Positions 35,846 to 43,274 of a stretch of 64,000 nt of DNA are shown in pieces (the first letter of the stretch is position 1; the number at the start of each line of letters is the position of its first letter). The stretch is from Acidobacteria bacterium 13_1_20CM_3_53_8 (GTDB lineage Bacteria > Acidobacteriota > Blastocatellia > Pyrinomonadales > Pyrinomonadaceae). The stretch spans positions 1,479 through 65,478 of the forward strand of contig MNJR01000004.1 of the NCBI GenBank assembly GCA_001920415.1, given 5' to 3'. The position numbers and the translations under genes were made by a program. The notes under the pieces were generated by a model, which did no database searches, was not told where the DNA came from, and saw nothing but the letters and a program-made list of their open reading frames with translations.

Positions 35846-35982
35846 TGGTTGAGCAATTGCGCGTGACTTTGAACTTTGCACAGAGAGTTTGAAGGGCGGT
35901 CGTTGCTTGATAGAAATATAGAGGCTTTGCTGTTAATCTCTTCGCGCGAAAGTTAAAGCATAATGAGCCAGCTTCTTTAATC

Positions 35983-36774
35983 ATGGACTTTGGACTGAAT
36001 AATCGTGTTGCTATTGTCGCGGCTGCGAGCCAAGGGATAGGTTTCGCGGCTGCGCTTGAACTGGCGCGTGAAGGCGCTCGCGTCTTTCTCTGTTCGCGCG
36101 ACGAGGGGCGTGCGCGCGACGCGGCGGAGAGGATCAAAGCCGAGACTGGAACTGAAGCTTTCGGCGTGCGCGCAGACGTGACGAGCGACGAAGACGCAGC
36201 GCGCTTTCTGGAGATTACGCGCGAGCGCGCTGGGCGCGTTGACATCTGCGTGACGAACGCTGGCGGCCCTCCTGCTTCAAGATTGGCCGATGCTGACCTT
36301 GATGCTATTCGACGCGCGTTTGAATTAAATGCTCTTTCTGCGATTCGACTTGCGCGGCTTGTGCTGCCCCAAATGCGCGAACGAAAGTGGGGACGCATCA
36401 TCAACATCACTTCCGTTTCAGTCAAACAGCCCATTGATGGATTGCTGCTTTCAAACACTGTGCGCGCGAGCTTGACGGGTTGGGCCAAGACTGTTTCCAA
36501 CGAAGTGGCTTCGGACGGTGTGACTGTGAACAACATAGCTCCGGGCTACACTCTGACGGAGCATCAGGAAGAGTTGGCAGAAACACGCGGGCTGGCAGCC
36601 GGGAAGAGCAAGGATGAGATGGTGGCTGGTTGGGCTTCGCAGATTCCCATAAATCGTCTGGCGCGTCCCGAAGAGATTGCCGCAGCCGTAGCTTTCCTGG
36701 CATCCGAGCGCGCTTCATACATAACAGGCGTGACGCTGCAAGTTGACGGCGGCTGGGTGCGTGGACTTTTCTGA
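35983..36774 (+). CDS. SDR-family oxidoreductase (3-oxoacyl-ACP reductase-like)
   Basis: Cofactor-binding motif VAAASQGIGFAAALELAREGARV, plus NAGG and NNIAPG. Confidence 0.9.
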   Translation: MDFGLNNRVAIVAAASQGIGFAAALELAREGARVFLCSRDEGRARDAAERIKAETGTEAFGVRADVTSDEDAARFLEITRERAGRVDICVTNAGGPPASRLADADLDAIRRAFELNALSAIRLARLVLPQMRERKWGRIINITSVSVKQPIDGLLLSNTVRASLTGWAKTVSNEVASDGVTVNNIAPGYTLTEHQEELAETRGLAAGKSKDEMVAGWASQIPINRLARPEEIAAAVAFLASERASYITGVTLQVDGGWVRGLF

Positions 36775-36776
36775 TT

Positions 36777-37442
36777 ATGGATGACCTCAGATACCTTCTA
36801 GTCGAAAACGAAAGCGCGATAGAGGCGCATCGCTCTCGCCCGGAAATTCGCGCAGACGATTTCGATAACAGAGAGTGGAAGCACGCACGACCTACGCGAA
36901 TCAATCGCTATTGGTCTGGCGAGGAAGCGCCGGAATCTCGCCACGCAGAAGCTCGCCTGATCTGGTCTGACGCGGCGCTTTCTGTGCGCTTTGAGTGCAA
37001 CCAGCGAGAGCCGCTTGTTGTTAGCGCCACGCCACAGGCCGTTAAGAAGACAATAGGATTGTGGGACAGAGACGTTTGCGAAATCTTCGTCGCGCCCTAT
37101 GCGAGCGAGCCTGAAAAGTATTTAGAGTTTGAGGCCGCGCCAACAGGCGAGTGGATTGACCTTGCAATTCACTGGCGAGCGGAAGGGCGCGAGACCGACT
37201 GGAACTTTCATTCAGGCATGGAGGCATCCGCTCGCGTCTCTCACAACCACGTAACCATCGCCATGCGCATTCCCTGGGAAGCGTTCGGCCACAAACCGCA
37301 GGCCGGAGAGCGATGGCGCGCAAACCTCTTCCGCTGCGTTGGCCGTGACCCCACGCGCGGCTACCTAGCATGGCGACCAACGCACACGCCGCAGCCAAGC
37401 TTCCACGTCCCGCAGGCTTTCGGGTGGATGGATTTTAAGTGA
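36777..37442 (+). CDS. Carbohydrate-binding family 9 (CBM9/DOMON)-like protein
   Basis: Motifs LIWSDAALSVRFEC, LWDRDVCEIFVAP, YLEFEAAPTGEWIDL, RIPWEAF and GERWRANLFR. The start is 2 nt after the SDR stop. Confidence 0.6.
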   Translation: MDDLRYLLVENESAIEAHRSRPEIRADDFDNREWKHARPTRINRYWSGEEAPESRHAEARLIWSDAALSVRFECNQREPLVVSATPQAVKKTIGLWDRDVCEIFVAPYASEPEKYLEFEAAPTGEWIDLAIHWRAEGRETDWNFHSGMEASARVSHNHVTIAMRIPWEAFGHKPQAGERWRANLFRCVGRDPTRGYLAWRPTHTPQPSFHVPQAFGWMDFK

Positions 37443-37522
37443 TGAGTGATAAGAAAGTCTGGAGTAAGAAGAGAAGAAGCTGACAGCTAATAGCTATCAG
37501 TTATTAGCTTTTGACTCCAGAC
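37439..37522. repeat. Composite element: solo family-C half-arm (GTGATGAGTGATAAG) plus a family-F core inside a GTCTGGAGT/ACTCCAGAC hairpin
   Basis: agctgacagctaatagctatcagttattagcttttgactcc (37478-37518) is about 85% identical to 57129-57168. The CBM9 stop TGA (37440-37442) lies in the C-type arm. Confidence 0.7.
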
Positions 37523-37589
37523 TTTTTTACCACTATCTAGCATCTGACATCTGCTTTTTGTGTCTCTCTCAAAAATTCGTTAGGCCATC

Positions 37590-40500
37590 CTAAATCATCT
37601 TCACAGGTGAAGAGGAGACCTGTGGCGCACTGTAGATCGTGCGCAAGCTCGCGTCGTCGAGTTCAGGTCTTTGCAAATCAGCCGGGGGCTTGCTGAGCGG
37701 CTGAAGTGAAGCGGTGAATAGGTAGAACCCTGACCCTAGAGGCAGCAGATCAAGTTTAGGCGCGTCCCCGTCGTCCCCGACTGCGGACGGCTCGATATCT
37801 AGCTTAACTCCCTCGGTTGACAATGAGAGTCCTTTGATACTTGGAATCAGCAGCAGTATGAGTCCGACCGCAGCAGGCACTAAAGGCGCTTTCCAATCCA
37901 GGGTCTTCTGGAAGTAGGCTAACGCTGGCGCAGCGAGCGCCGAGGCTACTGCCACCAGCAAGGATATCCCCACGATGAAGCGCGTTCTGCCAACCCCTTC
38001 GCCGAACCATGTCTCCCACCATCCGCCCGCGGCGTCGCGCTTAGTCTTGAGCGCCTGAGCGGACTCAGTGGCCTCTATGACGCCAGCGTCGGACGCCTCT
38101 TTGATTATGCGCTTCGCTTGCTCCTTCTTACCCAAAGCCCATAGTGCCACCCCCCGATTATATTTCAGCGCGGGATCTTGCGTAGCAAGCTGGCGAGCCT
38201 CTTGTTCGATGAAGCGTCTGGCTTCGCCGTACTGCTTTTGCCGGATCAGTACAGCGCTGATTCCTCGCGCAAGGTTGGCGTTTCGTTCAATCTGCCAGCC
38301 GCGTCGGAAGCCGCGCAGCGCTGCCTCGTATCGCTCAAGCGCGTAGTAGGCCTCGCCTAGCCTGCGCCAATAGTGTGCGTCCGCTTCCGCGTTTGCGCCG
38401 CCGACACGTAAAGCTTCACGGTAAGCAGCCACCGCCGCGTCGTAAGTGTGCGCGTCATGAAGGGCGCGGCCTTTGCCTACGAGGGCATCGAACTGCTGAG
38501 GGAAATCCTGGCGGTTGGCAGCGTTCTTGACGGCAGCATCGAAAACTGGCAATGCACGATCAGGGTCTTCTAGGGCCAGCAGAGCGCGACCTTGCCAAAC
38601 AAGCGCGTCATTGCCGGGCAGACCCGTGAGTTGAGCCTGCTCGAATATGTCCAGCGCCTCTTCTTCACGGCCTGAGTCGAACAGTATGAAGCCTTTGATC
38701 CAGAGAGAGCGCCCGGGTTCAAAAAAATCTTGCGGGAATTGCGCGCCGACCATTTCTTCTGCCTGGATCGCCGCATTGATCGCCACAAGAGCCTGGTCGT
38801 TCTGCCCCAAGCGATTCAGAATCATTGATCGTGTCATACCCACTATGAAACCGACTAACTGAGCCATACCGGCACTGGGGGTAAGTTTTCCTATTTCGGA
38901 CAGCGCGGCGAGCGCGGCCTTGTATCGGTTCAGCCGGGCTAAGCAGTTGGCCTTCATGCACACTGCGAATACAGACACCAGAGGATCAATCTCAGGACTC
39001 TCAGCCGCGAGCGCAACGATTTGATCTAACGCCACGATTGCTTGATCGAAGTCGCCGGTTTCGCTCAGAGCAAGTGAACGGGCTTGAGCCGCCATTATTC
39101 TCAAAGGACTCAACATATCAGGATCATCTTGGACCAGACCCAGCGCTTCTCGAAAATTGCCCATCCCCGCCAGGACTAAGCCGCGAACTACCCGCAGCAG
39201 CGGGCTGCCGAAAAACGACTCGTCAAGATTTTTCAGTTGTTCTATAGCGTCCGACGCTTCCTTCCAGCGACGAGTACCAAGTCCTGCAAATGCGGCGGCC
39301 AAAAAAGCTCTGGGATCGTCGGCGTGATCGGGCGGCACATGGGTAGCCTCGGCCAGTTCCGCGAAATATCTTTCGACTTCTCCCATACGCCGCAAGGTCT
39401 CGCCCAGAGCCACGCGAAGGAAAGGATGACCGGCAAGCGCAGAGTGCCCGTTGATAGTATTCTGTATCAGTTCCAACGCGTCGTCATTCCTGCCGAGCAT
39501 CAACAGGGTTTCCCAGCGAAAGATGATGAAGTCCAGGTCTTCGTTCACGGTGGGATCGAGCCGCTCGATTCGCTCTACGGCGTCGAGCGCGCTAGCATAG
39601 TCACCTTGTGTCCTGAGCGCCCAAGCTCGTATGCCCAGTGCTCGGACGCGCACGCCATTCATATCGTCCTGCTCGCCTAGCGCAGCGAGAGCAGCGTCGG
39701 CGCTCTTCAAAGCGTCAGCCGCCTTCCCTACCGCTTGGGCAATCGCCGCCTTCTCAAGCTCGACCCTGACCTGATTGACGGTCTCTGGCGAAAGATTTTG
39801 AGCCGAATCTAGAGCCGCGAACGCAGCATCCACCTTCCCCTGCAAGCTAAGCAGGCTTGCTTTTGAGATCAGCAACTCGGCGGCGACCATTTTGTTCTGA
39901 CTCAATTCGATTGCACTCGCCAGCTTTTCGATGGCGTCGTTTATTCTTCCCATCCCCTGCAACGCTGCTGCCTCGCCAACACGCAGGGCGTAAGTCTCTG
40001 TGCTCGGAAACCCTGCTTTGTACGCCTCGGCGAACGCGGCCAGTGCGTCCTCGTAGCGCTTCAGTCCGGTAAGGACTCGACCCTCCCAATAAAGAACCGA
40101 TGCGAGCACTTCTGTGTTCTGGTATACCTTGCGGGCTTCCTCTAATAGCGCAAGCGCCAGATCGTTTTTTCCCAGTCCCGCAAACGCGATGCCCTGATGA
40201 AGCGTGAATTCAGGACGAAGTTCTTCGGGCAGTAGTTCCGGCTTGATAGCTTTAAGGTCTTCGATGGCTCGCTGGTACTCGCCCTTACTGATGAGCAGGC
40301 GGGCACGAACCAAGATAATCATAGCCGCAACATCCTCGGACAACTTTAGTGACAGCGCATCATCGGTGCATGCAAGCGCCTTATCTATGCGACCCGCACG
40401 TTCGAGCGCTACGGCTTGCCAGAACCGCACTCCGCCCCTCTCTTGCTCGTCGGCGGCAGACGCATCGGCAGTTTCCAGCACCGCCAGCGCCTCGTCGTAT

Positions 40501-41309
40501 TTTGTCGCGATAATGAGCGCCTGCGCCTTGACCCGCAGGACAGGCCAGCGATTCTGTGGCGGCGCAATCACTGGCTCGATCTGATTGATGACTTCGAGCG
40601 ACTCTTCAGTATGCGGCGGCTTGCTCCCAAGCAGTGCTTCAGCCAATTGAATCCCGCGTCTCTGTACTTCGATTAGATTGAGCGAAGGCTGTTGTGCGCG
40701 CCAAACGTCCAGGGCTTCTGTTGGTCGCTGAGCTATAGTGAGCGCCGCGACCTTGAGCGCCACGAATATCGGTACTGACTCGTTTTCCGGGTCGAGTCGT
40801 ACCATTTGACTCATGGCATCCAGCGCGACATCTGGCTTTTGCGCGTCTACGGCGGCTCTGGCAAGGTCGAACCACGCGAGGTCTGACGACGCATCACGCG
40901 CCGTAGCTTCTGTCAATGACGCCACGGCGTCGTCGTTCCGATCCAAAAACCACTGGAATCTGCCGAGCAGCAGCCAGTGGTGCGCAGTAGAGTCTGTACG
41001 ATTAGCGCGACCCTTCAACTCATCAAGGAAGCCTTCAGACAACCCTAGTGAATTTACGGCGTGTGCAATGCGTGTCCAAATCGAGAGATTGTCCCACGCC
41101 TCGTCGCACGCTTTCATCAGTAGCGCCAGAACCTCGGCTCGGTCTGCCTGATCGTTCCGTTTTTCTAACGCTACGGCTTGCGCGGCGAGAGCGAGCGCGT
41201 CGTCGGGCTGGTTCAACAGGCTCTCTTTCGCTCGCGCAAGTAACTGAGCCGGATCGGTTGTACTCAGTGCGAGACTCAGCAAATCTTGATCGGGCATCTG
41301 CGTAGCCAT
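37590..41309 (-). CDS. Very large TPR-repeat protein with two C-terminal TM helices
   Basis: 1239 aa with TPR-like periodicity (A..A/Y..G..D.A) throughout. The C-terminal hydrophobic segments are FIVGISLLVAVASALAAPALA and LVPAAVGLILLLIPSI. An AGGAGG Shine-Dalgarno sequence is present. Confidence 0.85.
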   Translation of the reverse strand: MATQMPDQDLLSLALSTTDPAQLLARAKESLLNQPDDALALAAQAVALEKRNDQADRAEVLALLMKACDEAWDNLSIWTRIAHAVNSLGLSEGFLDELKGRANRTDSTAHHWLLLGRFQWFLDRNDDAVASLTEATARDASSDLAWFDLARAAVDAQKPDVALDAMSQMVRLDPENESVPIFVALKVAALTIAQRPTEALDVWRAQQPSLNLIEVQRRGIQLAEALLGSKPPHTEESLEVINQIEPVIAPPQNRWPVLRVKAQALIIATKYDEALAVLETADASAADEQERGGVRFWQAVALERAGRIDKALACTDDALSLKLSEDVAAMIILVRARLLISKGEYQRAIEDLKAIKPELLPEELRPEFTLHQGIAFAGLGKNDLALALLEEARKVYQNTEVLASVLYWEGRVLTGLKRYEDALAAFAEAYKAGFPSTETYALRVGEAAALQGMGRINDAIEKLASAIELSQNKMVAAELLISKASLLSLQGKVDAAFAALDSAQNLSPETVNQVRVELEKAAIAQAVGKAADALKSADAALAALGEQDDMNGVRVRALGIRAWALRTQGDYASALDAVERIERLDPTVNEDLDFIIFRWETLLMLGRNDDALELIQNTINGHSALAGHPFLRVALGETLRRMGEVERYFAELAEATHVPPDHADDPRAFLAAAFAGLGTRRWKEASDAIEQLKNLDESFFGSPLLRVVRGLVLAGMGNFREALGLVQDDPDMLSPLRIMAAQARSLALSETGDFDQAIVALDQIVALAAESPEIDPLVSVFAVCMKANCLARLNRYKAALAALSEIGKLTPSAGMAQLVGFIVGMTRSMILNRLGQNDQALVAINAAIQAEEMVGAQFPQDFFEPGRSLWIKGFILFDSGREEEALDIFEQAQLTGLPGNDALVWQGRALLALEDPDRALPVFDAAVKNAANRQDFPQQFDALVGKGRALHDAHTYDAAVAAYREALRVGGANAEADAHYWRRLGEAYYALERYEAALRGFRRGWQIERNANLARGISAVLIRQKQYGEARRFIEQEARQLATQDPALKYNRGVALWALGKKEQAKRIIKEASDAGVIEATESAQALKTKRDAAGGWWETWFGEGVGRTRFIVGISLLVAVASALAAPALAYFQKTLDWKAPLVPAAVGLILLLIPSIKGLSLSTEGVKLDIEPSAVGDDGDAPKLDLLPLGSGFYLFTASLQPLSKPPADLQRPELDDASLRTIYSAPQVSSSPVKMI

Positions 41310-41491
41310 AGCGTCCTCCTGCTGTCAATTTAGGTTCCTAATGCAAGGCTTCCGTGGAAGGCGTGTGTAGGTAATTCGTGCGCTATTTTGCCACAACGAA
41401 AGCTACTAAACAACAGATTATTCCTAAGGCGATACCGTCGGCACGCACTCCCTGAAATAGTCGTTGACATCATTCGATCGCTTGCCCGACA

Positions 41492-41651
41492 GGAGGGAGA
41501 ATGGAAGGGATGAGGGATGAGGGATGAGGGATGAAAAAGATGGTGATGAGTGCGGAGTGCAGAGTGATGAATAAGAAGCTCTTAATTCATCATTCTGCAC
41601 TCTGCGTTCTGCACTTTCTTCATCCTTCATCCCTCCTTTCATCCCTTCTTC
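41492..41651. repeat. Family-G nested hairpin: outer arms of (GGGATGA)n, inner arms GTGCGGAGTGCAGAGTGATGAAT
   Basis: Outer left arm: ggagggagaatggaagggatgagggatgagggatgagggatgaa. Outer right arm: ttcatccttcatccctcctttcatcccttcttc. An inner inverted repeat spans 41548-41614. The PilZ stop codon lies in the right arm. Confidence 0.75.
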
Positions 41652-42070
41652 ATAAGCTCTCTCAAATAAGTATTGAATTTCTCGCGTTCTTGTTCGCTTA
41701 TCTCAGTGATCTGCACGCCGACCAAATAACCTTTATCCGTCTCGCTTCTTTCCAGCTTTTCGTAGCGCACGGGCGCGACCCTCATCTCGACGGGGCCGTG
41801 CGGCGTCTCCATGACGACGAGCAGGGCGTGGCCTTCGCCCATCAGGTAGGAATCGTTTATGCGTATGGCAGGAACTATCAGAGCAAGGCCGCTCTCGCTA
41901 ACATCGTGCGTGAAGCCGTCGAGTTTGGGCAGGCGAACACGCCCCGGCGCTCTCACTTTCGGCTCGATAATCAGGACGCTGACGGGCAGGCGAACGCGAT
42001 GGCGCGGCGAGCGTCGGCGGTTGCCTACGAAGTTGCGCAGTAGCGCAATGATAGATCGGGTCAGTTCCAT
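41639..42070 (-). CDS. PilZ domain protein (c-di-GMP receptor)
   Basis: The RRRSPRHRVRLPV (RxxxR) and DVSESGLAL (D/NxSxxG) motifs are present with the expected spacing. Confidence 0.85.
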   Translation of the reverse strand: MELTRSIIALLRNFVGNRRRSPRHRVRLPVSVLIIEPKVRAPGRVRLPKLDGFTHDVSESGLALIVPAIRINDSYLMGEGHALLVVMETPHGPVEMRVAPVRYEKLERSETDKGYLVGVQITEISEQEREKFNTYLRELMKKG

Positions 42071-42077
42071 AAAAACA

Positions 42078-42214
42078 GTGATAAGTGATGAGTGATAAGT
42101 GATAAGAGGAAGAATACAGAAGTCAGGAGTCAGAATATGAAGCTATTATCTTCTGAATTCTGTATTCTCACTTCTGCGTTCCCTTCTTATCACTTATCAC
42201 TCATCACTTATCAC
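42078..42214. repeat. Family-C hairpin: perfect 29-bp arms of GTGATAA/GTGATGA heptads with a second inverted repeat in the loop
   Basis: gtgataagtgatgagtgataagtgataag (42078-42106) pairs with cttatcacttatcactcatcacttatcac (42186-42214). The inner repeat is agaatacagaa...ttctgtattct. Confidence 0.9.
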
Positions 42215-43044
42215 CTATTAAGCTGTCTGCCGTTAACGTCTGAGCTGTGTATGCCGTCGTTGTTTATCATGAATGAAAGGCGGCCTGTCTGGCCGTAGCG
42301 TTGCGGCTCTGCGTGACCCATAAAACTCTTGTGGTCGGAAGAGACTGTGAATTGAAAGTTGTAGCCGATTGATTCTGTCGCAATTGATTCCTGCGTCAGG
42401 TGGCCTGCGGCTATCAACTCTTGGAGGTTGCCGAACAGGCCGCTGTGCTGGATGCTGTACTTCAATTCGGCTTCGAGCACGCCCTGAAGCGCTGCCTGCA
42501 TGTCGCTGTGATGCGCGTTGATTCGCGCATCGAAGAAGAAGCGATTGCCGCCCTGTTTGACCACTCGTTCGTTCTCGTGATCGCCGACAATCCATTGTCC
42601 GTTTGAACGAATCAACGTGAGCGGCTCAGGCTGTTGTATTGCATCTCCGGGGTTCGCAGAAGCTTTAACGAAAACAGTCGCAGTGTCTACGCTCACCTGT
42701 TCGCCGCTGATTGTAATGTTATCGGGAACGCTCGACGCCATGCGCTCGAACTCCGGGCGAAGGTCATCGAACTCCTGATCCGTTAAGCCCTCAATCGCAG
42801 GCTTGTAAATAGAGATTGCGAACGCCTCGCGGAAGTGGCGCTCGCGCAGCAAGCGATAGAACTCGCGCACGGTCTCTGTAGGCGTGCGAGCCTGAGCCGC
42901 TGAAGAGCTTTGCGCGTTCGCAGCTTGCGGCGCTGGCTGCGAGTTTTGAGAAAGGGCTGCGACCGACGCTAAGATTAAGAGGAGCGCTGTTATGAACAGT
43001 CTTATGCAGTACGAGCGAAGAAACGTTCTGGATTTGAAGTGCAT
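42211..43044 (-). CDS. Secreted protein of unknown function
   Basis: 277-aa ORF with signal-like segment FITALLLILASVAALSQ. The stop codon is inside the family-C arm. Confidence 0.65.
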   Translation of the reverse strand: MHFKSRTFLRSYCIRLFITALLLILASVAALSQNSQPAPQAANAQSSSAAQARTPTETVREFYRLLRERHFREAFAISIYKPAIEGLTDQEFDDLRPEFERMASSVPDNITISGEQVSVDTATVFVKASANPGDAIQQPEPLTLIRSNGQWIVGDHENERVVKQGGNRFFFDARINAHHSDMQAALQGVLEAELKYSIQHSGLFGNLQELIAAGHLTQESIATESIGYNFQFTVSSDHKSFMGHAEPQRYGQTGRLSFMINNDGIHSSDVNGRQLNR

Positions 43045-43163
43045 TAAAAACCTCTGGCGGGTGAAATGAATCGGGGCGGGCGAGGACGAGCTTTCTCAAG
43101 CCGCAAGCGCGCCCGCCACTCGCTAAGAAGTATTTAACGAGAAAAAGGTTGGCAGGTCAAGAA

Positions 43164-43274
43164 GAAGGCAAAAGTAAAAAGGCAAAAGTTAGGCGGAAGC
43201 CATTTTTAATTTATAATTCACGCCTGCAAGGCGTGCCTTCCCTTTTGACTTTTTACTTCTACCTTTTACCTTTT
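43164..43274. repeat. Family-D hairpin (AAAAGGCAAAAGTAAAAAG-type arms)
   Basis: Left arm: gaaggcaaaagtaaaaaggcaaaagt. Right arm: cttttgactttttacttctaccttttacctttt. The loop core ggcggaagccatttttaat is shared with the copy at 60556. Confidence 0.75.

Noticed and set aside
41531-42043. Long ORFs antisense to well-supported genes (for example 41531-42043, 7478-8317, 13979-14632, 24672-25424, 32255-32986, 35787-36536, 8655-9161, 19195-19722)
   Set aside because: They are shadow ORFs. They are Arg/Ser/His-rich, have no recognisable motifs, and fully overlap genes whose domain motifs are unambiguous on the other strand.
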